From positions 5,518,001 to 5,582,000 of the forward strand of contig JBHGNT010000004.1 of the NCBI GenBank assembly GCA_043228905.1: a stretch of DNA of 64,000 bases, in the 5' to 3' direction. The stretch comes from Azolla caroliniana. Lineage: Eukaryota > Plantae > Polypodiophyta. The translations under genes and the position numbers were made by a program. This document shows positions 1 to 12,627 of this stretch, in pieces (within the stretch, counting starts at the first letter, position 1; each line of letters opens with the position of its first letter). The notes beneath the pieces are model-generated. The model had not been told where the DNA came from and did not search any database. It saw nothing but the letters and a program-made list of their open reading frames with translations.

Positions 1-343
1 TTGCCCATTTTGAGTTAGGAGGGTATACCGTTAGATTTAGGGTTAAGTGGTTTCTTTCTTCTTCGTCTTCTTCTTCGTCGTTGTTGTCGTCATGTCGGGT
101 GAGAGTTCATGTCTGTTTAGGGTTTGCTTCTGCTCAATCGCTTGTGCAAGACCCCGCTCGGCGCGACGAGCCCCAGAGCTCCCATTGCAACCTACCCTAC
201 CTTGGTCCGGCTCGAAGCCGGGGTTGTATCTCTTTCATTGTAATGTATACATATATGTTAGGTTGTGCACATCCGCGTCTCTGATGGTGTCGGGTGTTTC
301 TGCCCCTTTTGTTTTCTGCACATAAGAGTCAATGTTGTGCACA

Positions 344-399
<56 letters not shown>

Positions 400-511
400 T
401 TCGGTTGCCTCCAAGACGTGTCCAGAGTTGGTTTCTCAGCACCCCTTTCTCCCTAGTCCGAGACCCCCGTGGTCCCGCCCCTTCTACATGCACGCGCGTA
501 ATAACGCGACA
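1..511 (+). mobile_element. 3' part of an LTR related to element H, inserted into a Gypsy pol
   Basis: Ends ...GAGACCCCCGTGGTCCCGCC...GCGTAATAACGCGACA, closely matching the H LTR end (GAGACCCCCGCGGTTCCGCC...GCGTAATATCTCGACA, 48642). Gypsy RNase H sequence follows directly. Confidence 0.7.
346..396. repeat. (CT)n microsatellite
   Basis: Perfect CT run seen directly. Confidence 0.95.
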
Positions 512-1119
512 ACATGATTATGCTCAGTGTCAGTATACCTTACAATAAAAGGAATTATTTGCAGTTATTCATGCGCTCAAGACATGGATGGCGCCATTAT
601 CTTTATGGAAATCATTTTGTGGTAACTACAGACCACGAGTCCTTGAAATATTTTTGTGACCAACAAGACCTTAAAGGTCGTAAGGCACGATGGGCAGATC
701 TCATCCAAGACTTTGATTTTTCCATATGATATCGTAAAGGTTGCATGAACACTGTCGTTGATGCACTATATCGCATTTGTGAAGTTAACATGCTTAGCTT
801 CACTGAAATAACATCAGATCTTTATGATCACCTTCGAGGAAAGTATCTTGATGACAATTATTTTGCGAAATACTGGGCAAGAGTTGAGTTTGGACTTTGG
901 AACAGACACTACCACATCCTCGAAGGAATACTTCCACATTGCTAACGATCTGCTCTACCGTAATGGGAAGGTTTATGTTTCAGATTTGCCTGAGGTCAAA
1001 AAGAGAATTTTTTTTAATGCCATGATGCACCCTCAGCAGGGCACCCTGGAATACATCGTACACTTGTTCTCCTCTCCACCCAATTCTATTGGCCTAAGAT
1101 GCGTCCTAACATACATAAA

Positions 1120-1960
1120 TTATAGGGTGTTTAAGACAAAGGGTAATCTTACACTATATGAGGGCTTGACCAAACTGGTTAGATGGAGTTGTGACTCATA
1201 ATATATTATATAGATCAAGGTATCTACGAATTAGAGAGAGAGACTCAAGAAATTAAGAAAAAAGATAGAGAAGATGAGAAAGAGATAAGATTGTTATGAT
1301 ATTCCAATATCAAGACAATATAAAGGAGATAAACTCCACATTCAACTAAGAAACCAAAGACCTTCTTACTACCAATCACTCAAACCCACAATTAAGACCC
1401 TTCCTCTACCACTAAGAGCCTTCTTCCTAATCCTCCTCCTCCTCTATTAGGATCCCCTCCTTCCACTAAGACCTTTCCCTAAGACTCCTCCTCCTCTATT
1501 AGGATCCCCCCTCCTCTATTAGGATCCCCTCCTTCCACTAAGACCTTTCCCTAAGACTCCTCCTCTATTAGGATCCCCCCTTTCACTATTAGGATCCCCT
1601 CCCCTTCTCTATTATAATTTTCTTCTTCCTCCTCGTTCACGCTATTTTTAGAAGCTTTTTATCTCCTATTTTTAGCTAAGACCCAATGACCTTCTAATCT
1701 TCATATCTCCCTCATCAAAGCTCCAAATTTAGTTATTTTAAACATAATATTTGGGTGAAAAACGAAGGAGTTATGACCATTCCTTTCTAACAGTTTTTTA
1801 TGGTCTGCTTTTTCTCTTTTTACTTTTCTCTTGGTCTCTTACTTTTACTTTTGACTTCTTCCTAAGGTTTTGGTTCGTGTTCTTAGCCTCCAAGTGTGAA
1901 TTATCCATACTTTATATTCTTCTAATGTTCAATCGCTTAGATTCTAAAAACACTTTCACA
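1120..1960. mobile_element. Probable solo LTR in the Gypsy integrase
   Basis: Removing it restores ...PNIHNYVTKCHQC. Flanks ATAAA/ATAAC (imperfect TSD). Degenerate terminal inverted repeat TATAGGGTGTTT...AAACACTTTCACA. Confidence 0.6.
1430..1612. repeat. Tandem repeats of CTCTATTAGGATCCCC units
   Basis: Five copies of CTATTAGGATCCCC interleaved with CCACTAAGACC units. Confidence 0.85.
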
Positions 1961-2797
1961 ATAACTATGTGACTAAATGTCACCAGTGTCAGGTTAACAA
2001 AGCCACAAGACTTTTACATCCCTTGGACATTCCCAATAATAAGTGGGAAAGTATATCCATGGATTTTATTTTTAGCCTTCCTCGCACCCAAAAAGGTCAT
2101 GATGCCATCTGGGTTGTGGTTGATCGACTAACTAAAATGGCCAGATTTATTGCTACTAAAACCACGGTAACAACTCTTGAATTGGCTTACCAATGCATTG
2201 ACGAGTTATTTCATTTTTATGGGTTACCGATGGATATCGTGAGTGATTGAGGTCCAAATTTACTAGCGACTTTTGGACGCAAGTCTTTAAGAAGTTAGAA
2301 ACTACATTGAGTATGAGCTCCATGGATCATCTTGAATCCGATGGACAGATAGAACGAGTAAATCAAATTATTGAGGATGCTCTGTGCATATGTTGGTACA
2401 AAACCAACAAAATGGGAACGTTATCTCCCATTTTGGAGTTTGCTTATAACAGCTCCAAGCATACATCAACGGGATATAGTCCTTTTATGTTGATATATGG
2501 TTTTCAGCCACGAGCCCCGATTGCTTTTAATATACATCATGATGAGTTGCGAAGTACGCAAAACTTTCTTTGGGATATGCAAGATATGTTGCATATTGCA
2601 TGAGATAATATAAAAACAGCACAAGATAGAGCGCGTTTTTATGCCGATCATAATATGAAACCTTGTGTATTCAACCCTGAACATAAGGTATTTTTACATA
2701 TACCTCACAATTCTAAGACATTGTCTACGGGTAAGTGCACTAAGTTAGCCCCACGGTTTTGTGAACCTTTTATAGTCCTCAAACGCATTGGTTCATC

Positions 2798-3234
2798 TGT
2801 CAAGGCCCTAACTTGACAAAAGAGGTTTGAACAAGAGAGGAAAAGAAAGAGAGAACAATGACTATATTTTATTATAATAGGAAAATATACAAGAGCAAGA
2901 ACTAGAATATTTGCCAAAGACTGGTGTTGAACCTAAGAATGGTTCTAACAATACAATATGTCCTATCTATATAGGAGTAGTATGTGCCCCTTGTATGTTT
3001 GTTGGGTCATGATACCCTTTGGGATGTTGTGGTCATGATACCCTTTGGGATATTGAAGGGTCATGGCACCCTTTGGATATTTATAGGGTTACGTTATCAA
3101 TATTATAATAAAATAAATTATAATATTTTTATGTACAACATATATAACCTAATGGCTAGAGTTGAGTTTTTTTCTTTAGCAGGTCACGGGTTTGAGTCAC
3201 CCCAAACCTCATGGGGTTTCATCTACTCATGACA
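2798..3234 (-). repeat. 3' LTR of element A
   Basis: TGTCA...TGACA ends. First ~165 bp match 19342-19509. Contains three GGTCATGATACCCTTTGG-like repeats. Confidence 0.9.
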
Positions 3235-4454
3235 CCATCTCCCTCCTTCGATGACGAGTTCCACGAGTCGTAATGCACGAATTGGGGCTTAGATTATTTG
3301 GATATTGGCGATGAAATTCAGCTACTAGATCAAAGGCCTTGTCAAGGTTCTTAGTCGGCTCCCAAGTACGATCATTAGGTGTATAACCTAACTTGTCCAC
3401 GAGATAATAAAGCTTCTTACGTACTATCTTGGAGTCCAAAACAGCTTTGACTTCGAATTCTAGGCCATCAACAAGTTGAACCGGAGGTGGGGGTAGAACA
3501 ACCCGATTTGGAATGGAACTAGCATTGTAAGGTTCCAACAATGAGACATGAAATATTGGGTGTAGATGCATGTGTGGGGGCCGATCAAGGCAGAATGAAA
3601 CATCATTGATTTGATGAGAGATGATAAATGGACCAAGTCGTTGATAATCCAACTTATCACAAGGTCTAGTGGTCTTCACATTAGGTTGTAATAGCCATAC
3701 ACGATCCCCAATTCGAAATTTTGGTTCCTCTGGTGAGGAGTCAAGACGATGCCAATCTACATCCTTCTTGTATGTGGCTTGAGCCGAATACAAATAGTGA
3801 GAAAGTGCAATATGAAGTTCTTGGAGTTGGCATAGACAGTCCTCAGCGGTAGGTTTTTTTGAGATTTCTAGATGTTCGATCATCATCCAACGGGGATGAT
3901 ATCCTATGTTTGCAAAAAATGGAGTATATCTTGTTGAGGAATGAACCGAATTATTGTATGCGAACTCTGCAAAGTGTAAAAAATCCACCCAATCATCATG
4001 TTGATAATTGATGAAACATTGAAGATATTGTTCTAGAGTTTGATTCGTGCGCTCGGTTTGACCGTCACTTTGTGGATGAAAGCTTGAAAAAAGTTTACAA
4101 GAGACTTTGAGCATCTCAAGCAAGTGTTTCCAAAATTTTGAGATGAATTGTGGGCCACGATCACTAATGATGTCATTTGGAAAACCATGCAGCCGAAATA
4201 CTTTTTCATAATGATGTCTGTAGTTTCTTTACTGTTGATAATTCTCGTGCATGGAAGAAAATGCATCATCTTTGTGAATCGATCTACTACAATGAGGATA
4301 GCATCAAAACTCTTTGAAAGTGGAAGATCTGTAATAAAGTCCACAGAGATGGATTTCCACGGACCAGTAGGAACTAGTAATGGTTGTAATAACCCATATG
4401 GTTGATGTCACGGAATCTTTGACCGACAACACATGTCAATAGTACGAACATAAT
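3227..4454 (-). pseudogene. Element A integrase and chromodomain
   Basis: MDFITDLP..VVDRFTKM, HPQSDGQTERTNQ, GPF motif, FEVKAVLDS..YYLVDKLGY..RTWEP. Frameshifted. Confidence 0.9.
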
Positions 4455-4896
4455 TGTTAAGAATTAGGTAAGTAATTAAGGGTTAATTAGTACCTAATTA
4501 GGTGATTAAGTGATAAGCAGAAGATTAACTAATATGTGTGTGTATGTGTCACGGATAGATCATAAGCTCAAGAGACAAGAAAGAAGATAGACAAATGGAT
4601 GAGTAGTATTAACAGAAAGACTCCATAACTGGTGTTGTTCACCTTGAATTCCTTCAAGGTGAACTCCTCTATTTATACTACATGGCATGCATACTTGTTG
4701 CACGCATGTGAATCTACAATAGAGCATGTAGGTATGCATGCATGTGCCAAGTGTAAATACTACAAGGGAGCAACTATGCACATGATGCTAGCAAAACAAT
4801 AAGGACCAATTACATACATAGCTGTGTACTAGATATATTGGTTAACCCATGATACTATATTATAACATGGTCGTGTCAAGAGTTCGAATCTTGACA

Positions 4897-6987
4897 TTAT
4901 CCCCCCTCCGACGCCGCCTTCCCAAATCGGCCGCTGGTTTGTGAGGATATCGATGATGAAAATCTTGGACGACCTTTGGGGCATTTTGTAAATTTTCCGA
5001 TGGTTCCCATGTGGCCTCAGACATGGGGTAACCCCTCCATAGGACAAGGTATTGCAAGTGTCAACGGTGCCAACGCGAGTCAAGGATTTGGTCGACCTCG
5101 TATTCCTCCCTTGTCGTCAATTGCACATGTGGTGGTGGAGGGGCCTAATGTCCTGGGAGTTGTGAAGCATAATGGGGTTCGAGGAGGGAGACATGAAAAA
5201 CATCATCCGGAAGTGGGATGGAAGGGCGAGCCGGAAGGCGACGGGATTGATGCACTCGATGATATGGAATGGTTCCAACTTCTTGTAATCAAGTTTCGCA
5301 CATGGATGAGTAGTAGAGATGTGTTGACGTAACAACCAGACCATGTCTCCAACGACAAAGTGTTGAGTGGCAGATCGATGGCGATCAGCCTGCTGCTTGT
5401 ATCGTTCACTAGCAAGACTAAGCTCCAAGGATAAATCATAATGTAGTTCTTCCAAAATGCGATCACGATCCTCCACCGAAGGGTTCACGGAAGTGGTAGG
5501 AAGGGAAATGTCGAAGTGAGGATGTAAACCATAGTTGGCAAAGAAGGGAGTGACGCCAGTCGATGCATGGAGAGAATTATTGTAGACGAATTACGCGAGC
5601 GAAAGTAAGTTGACCCAATCATCTTGTTGGTAACTAACAGAGCACCGAAGATACTGCTCAAGGATTTGGTTGACACGCTCCGTTTGCCCATCAGTTTGGG
5701 GGTGATAAGCAGATGACTAAAGTTTGAGATGCCTAAAGTTTGAAGCAGGCGCTGCTAGAAGTGAGAGACAAACTGGGGTCCGCGATCGGAGATGACATCA
5801 TCGGGGAGTCCATGCAAGCATACCACATTGTTGAGTAGTAGATGCACCATTCCTTCTCCGAAAATGGTTTTGGAGCATGGAGTGAAGTGAGCCATCTTCG
5901 TAAACCGATCGACAACGACCAACAACGAGTCATAGCTATTGACCAAGGGTAGGCCATATGGCCGATGATGAATCGGCTTTGGAGCGAGCACAAACCTCAC
6001 AACTCTTTATGTATTCTTTGACCAACTTCCATGGTTGTGGCCACCAATACCCTCGAGAGAGTAGCTCGAGGGTTTTCGTCACCCCAAAATGACCTGCAAG
6101 TGGGTCATCGTGGCATTCCCGCAACACCCGGGTGCGACTTGGGCCTTCTGGGACGTATAAGAGATGACCTCGGAACAACAAACCCTCTTGTATGGTGAAT
6201 GTGTCAAGATCCTTCCTTTTGGTCGCCTTGAAGGGGTTTTGCAGACTATCTCGAATCTCGTTGGCGAACGCATCGGTCTTGGACGCATCAGTGATCTGTT
6301 GGAGTAATGAATCATCCTACAACATACAAGTGGCAAAATAATGTAATTGTTTAGGTTTCAACAAACGTCGAGATTGTTGAGCATAAGCAGCATCCCCAGG
6401 GCGGAGTGCAAGGTCAGCTTGGCGAGAAAGGGCATCGGCCTTCCCATGTTGGTCACCAGGTCGAAATATGATCTCAAAATCGTAGTCGGCGAGAAATGTC
6501 GACCAACGGGCCTGCCTTCGATTCAAAGTACGAGTGGTGAAAAAATAAACTAACTTTTTATGATCAGTCACTACCTGGACACAATGTTGTGCGCCGACCA
6601 AGTAGGTTCGCCATTCTTCAAAGGCAGCAATGATAGCAGCAAGCTCCTTGTCGTATATGGGATAATTGATTTCGGATGTCGTGAATTTCCGGGCAGAGTA
6701 AGCCACTGGGTGCATTAGGTTGGTGTCGTCTGCTTGGGATAAGATGGCACCAATTGCGAAGTCAGAGGCATCGGTTTCGACTTGGAAGGGTTTTGTGGGG
6801 TCGGCAAGTAGCAGCACTGGGGTAGTTATGAATGTGTGTTTGAGTGAGTCGAACGCATTTTGTGCCTTCGAGGTCCATAAAAATGGAGTGCCTTTATGGG
6901 TGAGAGCGATAAGAGGTTGTGCTAGAGTGGAAAACCCCTTGATGAAGCGACAGTAAAAATTCGCGAAGCTGAGGAAGGATTGCACAT
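4897..6987 (-). pseudogene. Element C pol 3' part (RNase H, integrase, chromodomain)
   Basis: VETDASDFAIGAIL, YDKELAAI, HDDPLAGHFG, DRGPQF, QYLVLWRGYPMSEATWEP. Multiple frameshifts. Confidence 0.9.
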
Positions 6988-7415
6988 TGTCATGAACAGT
7001 ACTGAGACAGAGAAGGAATTAGTACTAAACGAAGGATTAGTACTATGAGAGGTGTGGAACTTCTTCGAGAGAAGGAAGAAGTGAGCGAGACAGAGAGAAA
7101 GAGAGAGATCGAGAGAGAGAGTGTGTGATGATAAGAAAGATATGTATTATATGAAGAGAATATACAATGGTGGCTAAAAGGCTTAAGACTGGCGTTGAAC
7201 CAATTTGGTTCAACATAATGCCTAGTGCCCTCTTTTATAGTGTTTTCAGGAGTAATCTTGAAGCTTCTAGAATGTTCCAGAGAAATCTGGAATATACACT
7301 AATTTCCTATAATAAAATGTAAATGAAAATAATATCCTACGTATTACAATAGATGGTCTAATGGTCAAGAGCTCGACCCATATAACCTAAGGTCATGGGT
7401 TCGAGTCTTGCCATA

Positions 7416-10400
7416 TCATGACACTATCCCCCCTTTAAAACGACGAGTGTCACGAGTCGTCTTGGATTGAGGACCCGGTTTGTGTGGATATTGACGATGG
7501 AAGTCTTCAAGAAGAGCACGAGCATTGGTTACATTCTCGATCGGTTCCCAAGTACGTTCGCTGGGGCTATAGCCTAGCCAATCGACTAGATAGTAGAGCT
7601 TGTCGCGAACAATCTTGGAATCAAGGATGGCGGCAACCTCGTACTCCGGCCCATCTTCAAGCTCGATCGGGGGTGGAGGTTGGATAAGACGTCCTGGGAT
7701 GGTGCTCTCGTGGTAGGGTTCGAGGAGAGAACTATGAAACACCGGATGTATCCGAAGTTGAGGAGGTAGATCGAGACGAAAAGCGACATCATTAATCTTT
7801 CCAATAATACGGCAAGGACCTAATCGCCGATAATCCAACTTCGCACATGAGCGAGTAGTCTTGATGTGTCGTCGTAGCAGCCACACCCGATCTCCAATAT
7901 TAAAACTGGATGGAAGTCGATGACGATCCGCGTAGACCTTGTGTGTTTGTTGAGCTTGCTGGAGATGAGTAGAGAAATCCGCTTGTATCTTGCGTAACCG
8001 CTCCAAACGATCCTCCGCGCACGGATTTGTGGACACCTCTGGGGTTTCAAGTACACTCCACCGGGGGTGACATCCCGTATAAGCATAAAATGGCGTAACT
8101 TTAGTGGATGCGTGGATAGAGTTGTTATAGGAAAATTCGGCGAAGTGGAGAATATCTGCCCAGTCGTCCTGATGATAGCTGAGAAAGCGCCGCAGATACT
8201 GCTCCAGCGTTTGATTTGTTCGTTCAGCTTGGCTGTCGGTTTGTGGGTGGTAGCCGGAGGAGAGGTTACAAGTGACCTTGAGCATGTTAAAAAGGTGCTT
8301 CCAGAAATTTGACACGAACTGGGGTCCACGGTCGCTGATGATACTATCGGGAAGTTCATGATGCCAACATACTTCACACATGACAATTTTGGCAGTGTCT
8401 TCACTGGAGATCTCCTTAGTACATGGCAAGAAATGAGCCATCTTCGTATATCGATCGACCACCGTTAGAATCGCATTGAACCCCTTAGAGACTGGAAGAT
8501 CTGTGATGAAGTCTAGAGCAATGGATTGCCATGGCTTGCTTGGAATTGGTAATGGTTCTAATAAACCATATGGATGATGCCTTGGCATTTTCGCTCTGCA
8601 ACATGTATCACAAGTCCGAACAAAATCCTCGACAAATTGTCGCATACAGGGCCACCAGAATGATCGTTGTACTAAATGTAATGTTTTAGTACTACCAAAA
8701 TGCCCAGCTGTATATGTGTCATGACAGTTTTGTACTACTCGAAGGCGGCAAGAACCATTAGGAACATACAAAAGTTCTTTAAAGAAGAGTAATCCATCAT
8801 GGTATTTGAATTGTCGATAGTCCGTACCTGGTGGTTGTGACTGTGAACACGATGCTCGAGAGGGATCAATTTGTGCTAGTATAGCTTGGGCGAATGCATC
8901 TGTCTTCAAGTCTTCACGTATGGTATCGATAACGCGGGAATCCATAGGCATGTCAAAGATCTGTGTTGCTTGTAGTCGTGCCGGTCCCAAGATGACTTGT
9001 TTTTGGTTATCGAAAGCTGGCTCGCCGGGACGGGGTGCTAGATACGAACGCCGTGATAATGCATCTGCCTTCCCTTGGTGCCTCCCCGGACGATATGTAA
9101 TTTTGAAGTCGAAACGCGTGAGGAAGTGGGCCCACCGAGCTTGACGTCGATTGAACACACGAGCATCCTAAAAGTAGGCAAGATTCTTGTGGTCACTAAA
9201 TACAGTGACTGGATGAGAGGATCCCTCCAGAAAATGCCTCCATTGCATAAAAGAATCCACTATTGCCAATAGCTCATTATCATGAATTTCGTAGTTGATT
9301 TCGGCGGCATCAAACTTGCGTGAGTGAAAAGCCACAGGATGTAGCTTCTCATCATTCCCCTGTTGTGACAGAATGCTCCCCAATGCAAAATCCGATGCGT
9401 CAGCTTCGATAATGAATGGTTTTTCCGGATCGACATGAGTTAGAATTGGAGCCAATGTAAATGCCTTTCAAGACTCTCGAAAGCCATGTCCGTTTCTTCG
9501 GACCAGATGAACAGTTGTCCCTTCCTGGTAAGTTGTGTGAGAGGTAGAACGATCGTTGAGTAATCTTGTATGAACTTCCGGTAAAAATTGGCAAAGCCTA
9601 AGAAGCATTGCACATCCCACACCGAACGCGGAGTCTGCTATTCTACCACCGTTTTGACCTTAGCTGGGTCCATGGAGATGCCTTCTGACGAAATGATGTA
9701 GCCGAGAAATTCCACTTGGTTGCACCCGAAACTACATTTTTCCAGCTTTGCATGCAGACCATGTTCTCGAAGTCGTTTTGGTACTAATAGTACATGAGAA
9801 TCATGTTCTTCTTGGGTCTTTGAATAAACCAGTAGATCATCCAAATAGATGATCAAACAATCATCCAATAGATCTCGGAATATATCATTAGCCATGTGCT
9901 GGAAGACTGTTGGCGCATTAGTGAGGCCGAACGGCATGACAGTATACTCGAAGTGCCCATATCTGGTGCGAAACGCGGTCTTCCATTCGTCTCCTGGTCG
10001 GATCCGTACGAGGTTATATGCTCCCCGTAAGTCGATCTTCGTGAAGAACCTGGCACCATTGATCCGTTCTAAAAGACTTGAGATAAGGGGAAGAGCATAC
10101 CTATTCCTGATTGTAACCTTATTCAAGCCACGGTAATCTACAACGAGACGAAGCGATCCATCTTTTTTCTTGACGAAGAAAATGGGCGCGCCGGCTGGAG
10201 ATTTCGAATGCCGAAAGAAACCATTTTCCAAATTCTCCTCTATATAGGCCCAAAGGACTTCCAGCTTGGTTGGTGACAAATTGTAGATCGGTCCCCATGG
10301 CGGCTCTTTTCCTAGTTGTAAATTGATGGGGCAATCGTACGGTCGATGATGAGGAAGTGTGTTGGCTTGTACTTTATCGAACACATCGGCGTAATGACGA

Positions 10401-10970
10401 TACTTCTCGGGAAGGGGTTTACTGATATTGCAAAGAGGAACATTTCCTCCTTGTGCCCTTCTTTACGCAATTGACGTAGCGAAATGGTTGCCATCTTCTG
10501 AGTTGACCCTTGGGTTTGTCGACACCGGATTTCTCTTGTTCTCCAATCTATGTCTAGGTTATGTAACTCGAACCACGGTAGTCCTAAAACTATAGGATGT
10601 TCTGGGATACTAATAATATTAAATGATACTACACATGCTAAGTTATCTAGGACAATATTAATGGGCTCTGACTCTTCTATGATATTTCCGGAAGCAATGG
10701 GACGTCCATCAATGACTACTACAGAGGCTGGACACTGGAGGTTTCTTAGGGATATCTTATGAGCTTGAGCAAATTTCTTATCCATAAAGCAAGAGTTAGC
10801 TCCAAAATCTAGGAGTGCTAGGACATGTACTGGAGGGGTACTTTTAGTACTAACTATTACTTGGGCTACGAACACATCACTAACTTGCTTAGAGGGAATG
10901 GAACCACTAATGGGCTGCACAAATCTAGGGCTGTCCAACCAAACGGCTCCTATTTTGGTTGGACTTAGTC
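7416..10970 (-). pseudogene. Element B pol (PR-RT-RH-INT-chromodomain), several stops/frameshifts
   Basis: LLDFGA (protease), YLDD (RT), EADASDF (RNase H), 580-aa integrase ORF 7416-9158 ending EYEVAAILDSK..YLVDWLGY..TWEP. Confidence 0.95.
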
Positions 10971-12116
10971 ATTTAACTCTTCTTCTAACTGACTAAGGAC
11001 ATCAAATTTGTTTGCTAGATCTGGGATATTAGTACTATTAGGACTATTAGATATCCCTACTGAAATAGGCTCGGATTTAGTACAATTAGAACTAGCGACT
11101 ATTTGGTTTACCTGTCTTCTTGGCCTATGGGGGCAATTTATTGCGATATGTCCTGGTCCACCACAATAAAGACATAGTCGATTTGTACGGCGTCGTTGCT
11201 TTTCTTCTTCGGATAATGGCCCTCGACGACGTGTAGTGTCAATGTCCATCGGAGTCGGAGTATTCGCTGGAGGCGCATTATATGACTCCCTCGGAAAAGG
11301 TCTTGCTACCACTGAGGCGTAGGTGGGCTCTGATCTTGCCCTCGGCATCTGTAGCTGTCGTTCCGAACGTCGCTCAAAGAGGCGGTTGTCACATCTCACC
11401 GCGCGACTGATTGCTTTTGTTAAGGACTTTGGCTCTTCGGGGAAGGTCAAGAGTAAATCCTTGACGTCGTTGCGTAAATCATAACGGAATTGCTCCATCA
11501 ACGCTTGATCATCCCAAGGGATATCGGCGGCGAGTAGGCGAAAATCTGCAGCGTATGCGGAGGCTGGATGGTCACCTTGGCGTAATTGCCGGATTTTGTT
11601 GATTGCGGTCCTGATGTTGTCAGTATCTCCGAAACATGCTTTAAACTCACCTAGAAACTCTTCAAAATTGTTGAGTAATGGAGATTCCTTTTCTAATAGT
11701 GGAGCAAACCATGACAATGCTGAGCCACTTAACAAAGTGCCTACTAAACCCACTCGTGATGCATCGGTGGGATATCGGGAAGGATGCATTTGAATAACTA
11801 ATCGTACCTGGTTAAGGAACCCTCTAAACTGCGATCGCGTTCCATCGAACTTCGTGGGAAGGCCAATCTTAGGTTCTTTATGAATCCCTTGTGTTCCGGG
11901 CCCTTGTTGTTGCATCGCTACGATGGTGGCTTCGAGTTGTTGCATGCGTAACGCAAGTTCCCCATGTTGTTGTTGCGTTTGCTGCTTTTCTAAGGACATT
12001 TGTTGAAGATCCCCCAGCAACCGTTGGTTTTCTTGTTCCAAAGCATGGAACTTCTCCTTCAAGCATTGAAATTCCGAGAAAACAGATTGATATTCTTCAG
12101 CGCTAACAGTGGCCAT
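10965..12116 (-). CDS. gag: Element B Gag (383 aa)
   Basis: Coiled-coil N-terminus, KFDGTRSQFRGF, LRQG major homology region, [19 protein letters not shown] zinc knuckle. Confidence 0.92.
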   Translation of the reverse strand: MATVSAEEYQSVFSEFQCLKEKFHALEQENQRLLGDLQQMSLEKQQTQQQHGELALRMQQLEATIVAMQQQGPGTQGIHKEPKIGLPTKFDGTRSQFRGFLNQVRLVIQMHPSRYPTDASRVGLVGTLLSGSALSWFAPLLEKESPLLNNFEEFLGEFKACFGDTDNIRTAINKIRQLRQGDHPASAYAADFRLLAADIPWDDQALMEQFRYDLRNDVKDLLLTFPEEPKSLTKAISRAVRCDNRLFERRSERQLQMPRARSEPTYASVVARPFPRESYNAPPANTPTPMDIDTTRRRGPLSEEEKQRRRTNRLCLYCGGPGHIAINCPHRPRRQVNQIVASSNCTKSEPISVGISNSPNSTNIPDLANKFDVLSQLEEELND

Positions 12117-12627
12117 GGGATGAAAGAAAAGAGGAATAAAAGATTAGTAGGAAATGAGAGAGACAGAAGGTAGGAAATTTGGTTCAAACTGTCATGAACA
12201 GTACTGAGACAGAGAAGGAATTAGTACTAAACGAAGGATTAGTACTATGAGAGGTGTGGAACTTCTTCGAGAGAAGGAAGAAGTGAGCGAGACAGAGAGA
12301 AAGAGAGAGATCGAGAGAGAGAGTGTGTGTGATGATAAGAAAGATATGTATTATATGAAGAGAATATACAATGGTGGCTAAAAGGCTTAAGACTGGCGTT
12401 GAACAAATTTGGTTCAACATAATGCCTAGTGCCCTCTTTTATAGTGTTTTCAGGAGTAATCCTGAAGCTTCTAGAATGTTCCAGAGAAATCTGGAATATA
12501 CACTAATTTCCTATAATAAAATGTAAATGAAAATAATATCCTACGTATTACAATAGATGGTCTAATGGTCAAGAGCTCGACCCATATAACCTAAGGTCAA
12601 GGGTTCGAGTCTTGCCATATCATGACA

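Larger units (their letters stand above)
512..2797 (+). pseudogene. Degenerate Ty3/Gypsy pol fragment (RNase H and integrase), the outermost host element
   Basis: WRHYLYGNHFVVTTDHESLKYF (RNase H), CHQCQVNK zinc motif, WESISMDF..VVVDRLTKMARF, DGQIERVNQ (integrase). Stops and frameshifts present, interrupted at 1120-1960. Confidence 0.9.
6988..12627 (-). mobile_element. Element B: young full-length chromodomain Gypsy nested in C
   Basis: LTRs 6988-7423 and 12190-12627 differ by about 3 substitutions and a 2-bp indel. TSD CACAT both sides. PPT 7424-7433. Confidence 0.97.

Noticed and set aside
1164-1225. tRNA-Met-like stretch (TGACCAAACTGGTTAGA...GACTCATAAT) in the solo LTR
   Set aside because: No B box at the expected distance, too weak to call.
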